Source: Diadema antillarum
Lineage: Eukaryota
Reading direction: 5' to 3'
DNA length: 64,000 nucleotides
Assembly (NCBI RefSeq): GCF_040938485.1
Contig: NW_027272008.1
Coordinates: forward strand, 124,001 to 188,000
Positions 51,601 through 63,800 of the stretch are shown here, piece by piece (the first letter of the stretch is position 1; every line of letters starts with the position of its first letter). The position numbers and the translations under genes are program-made. The notes below the pieces were generated by a model. That model saw nothing but the letters and a program-made list of their open reading frames with translations, did no database searches and was not told the origin of the DNA.

Positions 51601-54600
51601 CCGCCGCAGGGAAATCGCATTCATCCCCACTGTAGCTGCTGCCGCCGTGGTCGTCGTGCAGCGTACCGCGTGCTTGCGTACTATCGTCTGTAGCACACAC
51701 ATCCATGCCCCCAAACGGCACACCACCGTGGTTTTCTGCGGTACAAGCCGTGCCAACATGGCCGGCACGTAGTTGCTGTTGTTGGATACGAGTAGGCTGA
51801 GACGGCAGTATTTCCATGACCTTTTCAAACATGGATTCGAGTTTAGAAAGGCGGGAAAGCACCTCCGCGTCCGTCTTCTCTTTAGGGGGAGCTGCCTTCT
51901 TACTTAGGCCCGGTTTGGTGGGTTTTTTAAGGGTTTTCCCATTCCCTTCTTTCTTTGTTGGAGCCTTAATACTAGCCGGCGAACACTTGGGTTCATGATG
52001 CACGGCTGTAGTCACCATCGCCACGACAGACTTAGCTGTATGCAGGGCGCTCGTACTAGTGGTGCCACCCACGACAGGCTTAGCTGTATGCTGTGGGGGA
52101 GCGGAAAGCGGAATTTCCATCCCGCGATATCTCGTGAATAAAAATCCACTTCCGAAGCAAAGTCAGCTCTAACTGAGCTATAAATAATAACAATCCACAA
52201 TATGATAAGATATTGCGAAGATGCACAGTTAAAAGGACGAATAAAACTGGATTTAGACTGCGATGAGGGAACTTAGCCCCTCGTGCAAAACGTGCGAAGA
52301 AGCGATATGACTGCGCGCGCGTTGAGCGGGCTCTCTCACTGTGAGTTCTTGCGTAAACTCACGAAATAAAAATAATAGCGCTAAGCGCTACACTTACCAT
52401 GTATCCTGTGATGTGCGTCGCACACGTACACAAACTGCACAGTAATGTACAGTGCTTCACGAGTCGTCACAAGCAAAAATACGGCGGGCCCTTATTCGAC
52501 ATAATATATACCCGTAAAAACTATTCAAAATCCAAGAAAGTCACGCTCATGTGGCTGATACACTGCCAATAATAAATTTAAGTGGATTTGTGGAGAGAAA
52601 AGTACTCAGAGAGGGAGAATTTCTTCTTCCTTAGAGGGCACCATGGTGGCTTGACCCAAGACTACTTCAGGTTTAATTTAAACCCAAAATAGACTTGGGT
52701 TTAACTAAACCTCGCTAGCAGAATACAAAATTAAACCTCGGGTCTAGCTAAACCATAGGTGAGTCTAAAATGGGTTTAAACCTTGGTCTACAGTAGAATA
52801 CGGGCCACTGAATCAAGTTACGGAAGAAATTTACTCCAAAATTGAATCAATTTCGTTTAAAAAAAAGAGAAAAATATTCCTTGGAGAACGGTGAAAAAAA
52901 ATGATCAAAATCGGATGAAAAATAAGGAAATCATGACATTTTTAAATTTCAAAAATTTTCGGAAAACACTTCTTGACCAGTAAAATTAGCAAGTTGATGA
53001 AGTCATCCCTCTCATAATATCTTACTCATTTTATCTATATATACAGAAATGACAAAAATATCATATTTCAGCTGTATAAACGTAAAACTTGTCTTAAAAC
53101 CACCCAAAATAAAAAAAAGAAATTGGTATCGGAATATGCTTTTTACCTGTATTAACTAAATGTAACATTTTTCCGCATTTCATAGATAACAAACACGAAA
53201 ATAATTGTGAGGGCATGTCATCATCAGCTACGGTAGCTTATATGAATATTCATAGAGGACTGGTCAAGATAATTATGTTTTCCGAAAGAAATGTGAAATT
53301 TCAAAATGTCATATCTCCGTTATTTCTCATACGATTTTGTCAGAATTGCAACGTTCTGTAGGGATATATTTTTCTCTCTCTTTAAGAGTTTGTTTATTTT
53401 TTTTTGAGTGGTTTTCCTCTTTAAAGAGCATCCTCTTTCATATCATATTACACCATCTTTCATTTGTTATCATCCTTTGTTGAACTATAGGTTCGCCATC
53501 AGCAAAGCCATGCGTACCCAAAACCTTTCCTGGTTTCCAGGGATTTGTATGTGTCTGTAATGCCACCTATTGTGACACCGTTGCCAACTATAATCCGGTT
53601 CCAAGAGACCAGTTTGTTGTCTACACCTCTAGCAATGCATCGGACCGTCTACGCCAGCAAGTCTTCAGCACATCTAAACAGTCCAATGTAACAGGTCAAG
53701 AAAATAACTCACGTTATTTTTTGTAATCGTTAAATTATCATTTTACAAATCTTGTGTTTATACTTAATTGCAGATGAATCAGCATAGCAGCACAATTCAT
53801 ATTTGTGACATTTCTTGTCACTGTACAACTGGAATTTAATATTTAACTTGTATTCATTAGCACAAGAGCAATAAGCCAGTTTGCTGTTAGCATTGGCTTG
53901 CAATGACATCTGAACCCAGATGTTTTAAAACATGGATTAATGTTTTAAACAGATGAGCAGTTAAAAACACCTAGGCAAAAAGTGGTAGTTTAATTGTATT
54001 AGTGTTGCATGAATGGCCTTTGTTAATTTGGTTGAAAAGAATAATGTATACAATTTGACCTGTATATGCATATAGAACAGTCTCCGGACTGAAGTATGTA
54101 CCGTGCTTAAATACATGAATGAAATGAAATATAAGCCTGAAATGTTTATAACATACGATTATACTTTTCATGACAAAGGATCCAGTTCTTTAATTACCTC
54201 AGTTACAAGTCAATCTCAAGCAGTAAAATGCATCAGAGAGTCAGCAATGACCTCTATCTGTACATGTTCAGATTGTACACTGTAACCGTGAAACCGGTTT
54301 AGAGATTACAATAACTATTTTGAGAAGTTGCATCAATACAAGACCATGTTATTGTCATAGAAATGATGCCCAAATTAAGTGAGGAAACTGTGTAAGTATA
54401 TAGACCTCCATTTCCATATGATAATTATTTCACTTACACTGTGTAAGTTGTGATCACTGATTTAACGGAGAACTTTGCTCCATATTTCACATTAACTTAT
54501 AAGTATCTGAGATTAAAGTTAAAACAAGGAGGTTGCTCACCTACTATTACCTCCGTCAATGGTTGACTTAGTTAAAGGTTTCATGACAGCATGATAAAGA

Positions 54601-57600
54601 GAAGGAAACTTAATTGGTCTATGTTCCTTTCATTTTCCATTATCATATACCTCTCAGTCAGCAAAGTTTGACAATTTCTCAAAATGAACTTCCACAATGT
54701 TGAATAGTGTCTTTTGCATCTAAAAGGTAAAGATAGATTAAAATAATCCTCAGCTGGCTTCGCGAGTTTTCTGTCCTATTGACCTCATGACTGACAACAC
54801 AATCAGTGATAAGGCATGAGCTAGTTCTGCTTTGCAAATATTGGCTGTAGTTCATTGTCTTTTTCTCCAAAGCATACAGGACATGTGATCTTGCAAAGTG
54901 TGTTTCAGTTTTTTGTTTGTTTGTTTTTTTTCACCATACATACAGGGATTCTCTTCTCAGGGTGGTTGTCAATAGCGATAGTAGAAAGGAAAAGAGACGT
55001 AACTACCGTGGTGTTCTCACTGAGTTTGTGATAAGACAGGAAAATGGGGCATCAGATTTCATGGTGCACTTGTAACGCTCGAGAGTTAAACAAGATTTTC
55101 TAACACAATAGGAGAGAACGCATTAGATTTTAGGTATTTAGCCTGGAGCAATCAAATATTGTAGAGGTGCTGCTTTATTCTACACCCATGCTTCTCAATA
55201 ATTTTTAACCCAAGACCCACTTCGGCTCCTACAATTATTTTGAGGCCCGGTTAGATCAATTACAAATCTATAAAGACATCGCGGCCCACATGCAAGAGCT
55301 TCATGGCCCACCAGTGGTCCCTACCTATGGTCCACTGTTTTAAAAACATACTATAGAAACAGCAGTGTTAAGCCTGTGAGTATTGTGTCTGGAGTCGCTC
55401 TGGGCCCCGTTTTATCAAAAGATAAAATCGATTTTAAATTTCCTTACCACGCAGGCTGCCATAGACTTACAGTTGAAATCAAATATATAATCAATGTTAA
55501 CCCTTCACAAAACAGGGCCCTGAACTACTTAAGAACAGGTGTTGCTGGATTTCCCTGACAAAGGAGAAATACAGGTCTATAGTTGTTACGCAGTATTACG
55601 TTTAGACTAATCAAGTAATCAAGTGTAGATATATTTCTGTGTATCTCCGAATATTGACTCAGAGAATTGTGGAGTCAGAGCAATACGGAAATGTCTGGAT
55701 TTCTCATGGCAGAATACATGATCAAAAAAAAGAAAAAGAAAAAAAGAACAAGGCTGCAGGTGTCTCGACCAATCAAGTAAAGAAAGGATGTTTCTGTCCT
55801 TCTGTAAGTTAGGCCAGCTCCATCCCCCCCCCCCTCCCCACCATTAACTTTGGCTTGGGTCAAAATGCCCCAAATTAGGAGATCGTTGCCCAAAGTGCAT
55901 CCAGCATGTAGTCCCCAAGTCTTGAGGTTTTTAAGATTGTTTGCGTCAGATTTTTCTGGCACTACTTGATTATGCAACTGTGTTGCAGTCCATCGTTTAT
56001 TGATAATCCGTCCCTTAATTTTCCTCTTCCCATCCAAACCAGACTTTGGTGCTGTCTTAAGTGTTAACATCAGTCTTCGCTTCCAGTCAGTGTTGGGGTT
56101 TGGTGGAGCCTTTACGGATGCAGCAACCATTAACATCCGCAACCTTTCTACCGGGGCCCAAGAACTGCTTCTGAAGTCCTATTATTCCCAAGATGGTGAA
56201 CTTTCTGTTATTATTGATAGCAGTAGGCAGGGATAGTATTGATATTTGTCTTACTGTGGTATTGTGATATAGTCGTCACAATAGAGATTATTAATTATCA
56301 TTAGTAGCAGTTGTATTTTTTTATAATGATGGGGTAACGATTTATCCTGATAATCTCATTATCATTATGTAATAACTGTTATTTGATCATTTTGCCTCTG
56401 ATGAAGATTCTTCTATAGGATCGAAAGCTCAGACACCTTTTGATTTCATTTCACTGTTATTTTTCTAACATCATTGCTATATTTTGTCATCATAAATATC
56501 TTTTTGTTTGTTGTTGTTGTTGTTTTTGTTTTACTGTTATCATTTAATATCCTCATCATCATACAGTGTTTTTACTTTTCAAGTCTGTGCTAATAGTATT
56601 CTCTTGCCATCAAACAATTCCACAGGCATTGAGTACACCATCGGACGGATCCCCATGGCAAGCTGCGACTTCTCCACCCACGAATACTCCTACGATGACC
56701 ACTCCGGAGATCTCGGTCTCCTCAACTTTTCCCTGGCCAAGGAGGATCTCGTCTTCAAGGTCGATGAGTTCCACTCTCACATTGCTTTAAAATCACTGTC
56801 ACCACTGTTCTTTTATCCTGACCTATCTTCTTAGAACCTGCTTTATCATGTTTAACATTATTATTTGACGAAACATTTCCCAGAGATATCGTCAGGCAAC
56901 TTTAACTGGACGAAATAGAGCGTGGGATATCATACTCAGAGCTTGATCTCTGTGTTTTGACCAAATCTTCACAAGGATTCAGCAACTGAAATAAACTAAG
57001 TATAAACCTCCTATTTATGACCCCTTTATTTTCACGAATAAGGGTGAAACATACCCACAACTGTAACTCGACACCAGACAACCAATGCAGATAACAGTAC
57101 ATTGGACAAGGACGATAATATAGGAGGTTCACATATTTGAGAAATGTATCAGTGCAATTCTGTTACAATACTGCTTGCTTGCGAGTTCACCTGTGTATAA
57201 AGAGTAAGTATGTATGCCTTCTTTTGTTCTGCTTCCTTGAGCCCCAACTCATGCATTCTTATGGTGACCCTGCCATGTCATCATCCTTGTTCATTGCAAT
57301 TTGTTATAAACTTCGAAAATATTCTTATTCTTCATCCCAATTATCAAAAATTCTGAAACTCATCTGTCCTCAGTATAACTAATTGATAGTTGTTAAAATG
57401 TAAAAATCTAAAAATCATCCGGAGGTCTCCTTTAAGATTGCACATACTAGACAACATGATCAAGATACGGCAAGTAGGTACATTCAACAGCATGAAATGT
57501 ACCCACTACAGTACTAAACCGCATCTCTCATTTTTCTATGAAAATAATCTTTCACAAAGTCACTGGGCTATTTTGACCCCTGTTGACCCTGGTTCTATAA

Positions 57601-57822
57601 ACCCACCATCTTATTCAACAGATTCCTGTCATCAAGTCAGCTATGGGGCTCTCCTCTCGGACGGTCAAACTGTTTGGCAGCCCTTGGTCAGCTCCAGGCT
57701 GGATGAAGACCGATGGACACATGAATGGCAAGGGTCAGTTGATTGGTCAGCCGGGTGGTAAATACTTCAAGACATGGGCTCAGTACTTTGTCAGGTGAGG
57801 CAGCAGACTGTATCAACCAGGA

Positions 57823-57868
<46 letters not shown>

Positions 57869-60800
57869 TTTGATGATGCTACAGTTTTATGTTTGTTGAT
57901 GATGTTTGATGATTTCATTCTAGATTTGTATAATGTATCTTTTTATTTTTGTTGTATATGAAGAACCTTCAACCAAAAGACGTTAAATTCATTGAAAAAT
58001 GACGGATTTAGCGCCTTTTGGAAGCAAGCTCTTCATATGCTGTTGTGAGTATACGAGTTGATTCCATGATTATATTACCATATATATGGTTGGCATATGT
58101 CAAATTTTTTTTTATTCTTTATTTATTTTTCTTTTTGGTTTAAAAGAAAAATATCAGTGGGATTGATTCATAATCGAGTTATTTATGTTGAAGAGAGATT
58201 TTGGCAGTATAGATTTAAAAATGGATTTGTTTTGTGTTTTGAATTGTATTTGTATTGTTCATGTTACACCCAGAATGGATTAATTGACGAATGATTTGAA
58301 TGAAATCAATAAATATACAATGGTAAAAAAAAAGAAAATGTGTGTTCTTGGAATTGCACTACAATATATAAAGTTATGAAATCTGTATGTGTTTTGCTTT
58401 TGTAGATGCATTTCTTGACCCGTCGCAATCGGCGGTCATCCGAACCGTCGTATATACCCCGATTTTCGGTCAAAATAAAATATTCGATTTCGAGATTTTC
58501 ATTCATTTCGATTGTGGACATTCCGTTTTATACATATTGTGATTTTTTTTTCAGTTTCGAATTTGATGGAATATTTTTGTAATTATCACTTTTTATAGAG
58601 TTTTGTCATTTCATTTGTTCATTTCCCCATAGGCGCTCGTGTTAAAAAACGCAAACAAAAAAGAGCGCAAACAGTACGCGGTCAACCAAACCGTCATTAT
58701 TATTATATCTGACATATTGACTTGGTGCGAAGTAATGATATGGTAATTAAATATCGTATAATATTGCAGATATCATGTTGTTGAATTTGTGATTAGTAGT
58801 GTGTGTACATCTCATTGTCCATGAAACCTATTGGAATTAACTGTCCCTCGTATACCGTTGCTAACTCACTCTCGGTTTGGGCGAATTGTTTTTAATTGTC
58901 ATTTATCATTGTTTTTGCCATTTTACTAGATTCGTTCAGGAGTATGCAAAGCAGAATGTTTCCCTCTGGGGGCTGACGGTCCAGAACGAACCGATGGACG
59001 GCCTCATTGGAAACTTCTCCTTCCAGGCGATGTACTACAGTGCCAGCATGGAGCGAGACTTTGTCAAGCTGGACCTGGGACCAGCCCTGGAGGCTGCTGG
59101 GTTCCAGGACCTCAAACTGATGATGATGGATGACCAGAGCTTCAAACTGCCCAGCTGGCCCCAGACTGTAAGGATTTCACCCACAAGTCCATGAATAATA
59201 TATTTTCTTTGGGATTTATGTTTCATCTGTAATATCACTGCAAAGTTATTGAATCTTTAATCTATTGCAATGATGTAGGGGAAATTGTGATTCAAGAAGT
59301 GTGTCAAATAAATTAAGTGTAATAACTAAGGAGAGATAACTCTTTATTGTGGGGAGAATTACAGACTTCCTACTTTTGCAGATGTTAACTAAATCTCTCC
59401 CCTCTTATCTATCTTTTCTCTCTCTCTCTCTTTCCCTCTCTTCCTCTCCCTTAACATACATTATACCTTCTTGTGACGAGGGTCGCATAAAAGATATACA
59501 TATAGTGCACGTTGACTCCATAAATCAAGGGATGAAGAGGCGAAATGTTGCCATGGTGTACAACATTTTGGATAGACTATGTCTTTAATATTTTTCAGTT
59601 CTTTCCTTTCTTTTCTTGTCTTTCTCATCACAAGGACATTTCATNNNNNNNNNNNNNNNNNNNNNNNNNNNNNNNNNNNNNNNNNNNNNNNNNNNNNNNN
59701 NNNNNNNNNNNNNNNNNNNNNNNNNNNNNNNNNNNNNNNNNNNNNNNNNNNNNNNNNNNNNNNNNNNNNNNNNNNNNNNNNNNNNNNNNNNNNNNNNNNN
59801 NNNNCCTACGTCTAATATAAATAAGATGGCACATGCAAATAATTGAATGCTCTTCCCTTCGACTCGGCAATTAAACTATGCACTCTATCAGGAGTGCAAG
59901 GAGGGTGCAGGTGGTCCAAAATAAGAGCCCTATCATACCTCTTTCATGTACATAACATAATGATTATTCTACGTGATTGGGCATCTGTCTCTGTCAGTCT
60001 GAGTATCCATTATCACTACCAATGCTGCTTTAGTTCAGTGAAAAATACAAGAGCAATTAGGAATACGGAAAGATACCCTGTGGGCCTGTATAAGGAATTT
60101 TGAGGTCTCTTCGTACAGAGTATTTGCAGCGCACCCTACCAGGAGAACTATTTCAAAGGTACGTATCAAGAGGAACATGTCGTCCATCAGTTATTTGGGG
60201 AAGAAGAAATATGACATCAAGACTATTGAGTCAAGATTATTGTATCTATCATAAAAATGATTGATGTCGTGATTCACATTGCAAGTGCAGAGTCTTGTCA
60301 GGTCCATATCTCAATACATTAAACATTTTCATATGAGAGTTAAACAAGTTTTGTCAAAAACTGATTTGAGAATAGTAGCTTGAATCATGTGAAAAACTTT
60401 CGCTCGCACGAAGAGGGTCGCATTTCCCCCTTCTATACTACTCTCTTCTCTCAGATTCTTGGCGACAAGGATTCAGAGAAGTACCTCTCGGGGATTGCAG
60501 TTCACTGGTATCTAGACAGGTACACCCCCGTGGGTCTAAAGCTGTCAGAAACCCACAGCCTCTTTCCCAACCACTTCATGCTCTACTCGGAGGCGTGCTA
60601 CGGCGCCGCCTTTTCTGACGGGCGAGTGGATTTCGGCAGCTGGTCTCGCGGGGAGGGATACAGCCAGAGCATCATCAACGTGAGTGCAAGCCTTGCTCTG
60701 TATGGGCAGGGATGTCCCTGGTATGGCTAGGGAGGTGGGATGCGAGGGCGCTTTACCCAATATTCACTGATTAATGTGGCAAAAGTAGAGTAGAGAAAGC

Positions 60801-63800
60801 TCGGGAGTTGGGAATTTGAGAATGGGGCACACTGGCACAGAGGACGGGGGACAGGGAACCGAATGTGGTCTCAACTGATGACAGAATGAACACCGAAGGT
60901 GATGTGCCCCGCAGCTTTGCATAGTTTTAGGTGTTTCTTGATCGGTTCACTTTGGGATTGTTTGCTTTCAGTAAGCCACCTTGAGGTGTTCGGTCCGGGT
61001 GCTGTTCGTTATTCCGAAGGTTCGCTATTCCGAAGGTTCGTTATTCCGAAGGGTCGTTAATCCGAAACACACAAATTCCCTATACCTAGAGGTTCGTTAA
61101 TCCGGAAATGAAAAAGGGTTCGTTAATCCGAACATTTGTGGCGTTATTCCGAAGCTTCGTTATTCCGAAGATTCGTTAATCCGAAAATGAAATTCAGAAC
61201 AATGAACCTTCGGAATAACGAATCTTCGGACTAAAGAGCCGTCGGAATAACGAACCTTCGGAATAACGAGCTGTAACCGTTTGGTCCATGCCTATTGAAA
61301 TCTACTAACATGTTGCTGAAAACAGGAATGCAAGATTACAAAAACTGCAAAATCGAAAAATACAATCTAAACATAAAAATGTGGGGATGTGAGATTCTAG
61401 AACCTGTGTAAATCGTGGATGTGTTCTGCCTTCTTAACGTCTTTTCTCACTTCATTATACACTCAATCATTTATTGAATTTCTTTGTATCTTAATAACAT
61501 AGTACATAGTGATCAAACCATCTGCAGTGCAGGAATCAGAAGGAACACGAGAAATATGCATAATAATAGTTAACTAATCTAAGCAGCCAATAGTGTTATG
61601 AACCCTGCACAAGTACACGAAGAAAGATGCTCCTTTCCGTACTGGAAAGAACACAGTGTCCCACAGTGTGTTCACAGTGTGGTCACATAGTCGACTATGT
61701 GAAAAAGATAACAGTGTGGAGATGATTTCACACTGTGATTTAGTTTTCACAGAGTGTTCACATGGTATGTTCTGTGTCACACTGTGAATTGATGATTCAC
61801 AATGTGTTCACACTGTTAAAACGCTCGAATTTAACAGTGTGAAGAGATTTCACACTGTGTTCACTGTGTTCACACTGTGTTTCTCACACTGTGGGACACT
61901 GCGTTATTTCCAGCAGGGTTAGGAGATGTTCCTACCACGTATTTTGTCAACTTGGTGATTGCCACATTTGTTGTTGTTTTTTTGTTTTCTGTTCAGGTAA
62001 TGAATCACTGGGTGACAGGCTGGGTGGATTGGAACCTGGTACTGAATCTCCAAGGAGGACCAAACTGGGTCCACGGCCATGCTGACAGTCCCATCATTGT
62101 AGATGCCGCTCAAGACATATTTTACAAACAGCCCATGTACTACCATCTCGGCCACTTCAGGTAAAATCTCAGAATCACAAATAATCAGGTGTGTTGTACG
62201 TGTCCCCCCCCCCCCCAAAAAAAAAAGAGCTAACAACAAACATTGTACATACAAAATAAAAACAGTTATCTACTGTAAGTGCTACCCCCTAACAAAAACA
62301 AACAAACAAACAAAACAAAACAAAAACCGCACTTGACACAAAAAACTGTAAATGGTTCAGATATGATTTTACTGGTTTACTAGGAAGGTATGGCGAGATG
62401 GCTTAGTCATAGAAACATGCTTGCTCTGCAGTAACGGAGCTTTGGTTGAAAGTCCAGTGAATCGAGTTGAGTACTGTCGTTTGTTACACTCTTTCCTTCC
62501 TGTTAATAGGCAAAATATTCCCCCCTCAGATAGAACATAAATTTTGAGATATGTGTGTTGGTGATTCCCAACCCCCCCCCCCCTCAAATAGGTAGATATC
62601 GTAAAAGCTAGAACAGGTAATTAAGGTTTTGCTATAGTGATCCAGCCAGATCCTAATCCTGACCCAGAATCTTTAAAAGGATGCATGCACAGTTCTATGG
62701 TGTATAAAAAGAGACTTATATTTGTGAGGTTTGTACTTTCCGTGTACTGCTAAGTTTAAAATTAAATCAAGAACTGTTGGCAGCCACACTTGAGATTAAA
62801 GGATTAACAGTCAATTTCCAGTTTTGTTGCTGACATATCTTCAGCTGTACAATATACCTTAAGTGGGTTCAATCTAACTTATTTTTTAAATCTATTGGCA
62901 AAACTTCAGTTAATGTTACCATGCATCGAAAACCAACAAAAAGTCGCACTCCCCAATTCTAACTGAGTACTAAAAAAATGAAATGGGTCAATCAAGTCAA
63001 TCTTTACTTTTTTATGATTTCTGAAAGAGCAATTCTTCTTTTACATAAGTTTGCAATAATTATGAAGTAAAAAAAGTGGTAACTTGTGGGGGGCTCAGTT
63101 TTCTTGAACTTTTTTTTGTTGTAGAACATTGTAGTTAGGTATATGTTTACAGGCTCCGTTACATTTCTTAGACGAATCCCTTTCGTACTCTTCCCTTCCA
63201 ACTGTACCGTTTTGAAAGTTAGTATAAGCTATAGATAGAATGTCTGCATCAAGAGTGTGCAAAAATTGTCAGCCTAATCCGATAATCTTCTCATGCGGTT
63301 GCTGTGCAGTGTTACTTTCTGGGGTTTTTCCCCCCATTCAGTGTACAGAGCGATGTATACTTATGTTTTGTGAGATTTGGTGCTTGAATAGCTAGGTCCC
63401 TTACCTTCAAGGCCTCTTTTCCAGTGTGTACTTTCTTTCCGATGTTTAGATAGGTTTTAAAATAAGTCTATTTGTATTGATTTATACATCATTTTTTAGC
63501 TTAGAGTCTGCTCTTTTAGAATATGCCATTAACTAATAATCTGTGTGACAGGACTTTTTTTTTTCGTGGTTTTGTGATGCAGGGTCACAACGATGTTTCT
63601 CAAAGTAGGAATCTCCTCCATTTTCGTGAAAAGTTGATTATGTAGTGATGATCTACAAATCAGGCCAAAGTGTGAATATACTGAAGCAGTACCAGCAGTG
63701 TAGAAAGCAATTTATGAATATACTTTTGATACTTTGAATATTAAAGTTTGTTATGATAGATAATGTCTCTTGTATAGTTCTTATGGATTTGTTTACCTTT

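Larger units (their letters stand above)
47369..52371 (-). mobile_element. Intact DIRS1-group tyrosine-recombinase retrotransposon (~5.0 kb)
   Basis: Perfect 38-bp inverted repeats (47443-47480 / 52306-52343); internal complementary region 47592-47707 pairing with the 3' terminal extension (one mismatch) and with the 5' terminus; no TSD; three uninterrupted ORFs. Confidence 0.95.
46362..52807. mobile_element. Harbinger-like non-autonomous element (~1.4 kb of its own sequence) split by the DIRS insertion
   Basis: TIRs CAG|GGGCCCGTATTCT ... AGAATACGGGCCA|CTG; shared subterminal GGGTTTAAACC / TAGACCC repeats at both ends (46385-46560, 52670-52795). Confidence 0.65.

Noticed and set aside
48915-51828. 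Antisense and alternative-frame ORFs within the DIRS (e.g. 48915-49250, 51388-51828)
   Set aside because: Expected shadows of long coding frames; no motifs.
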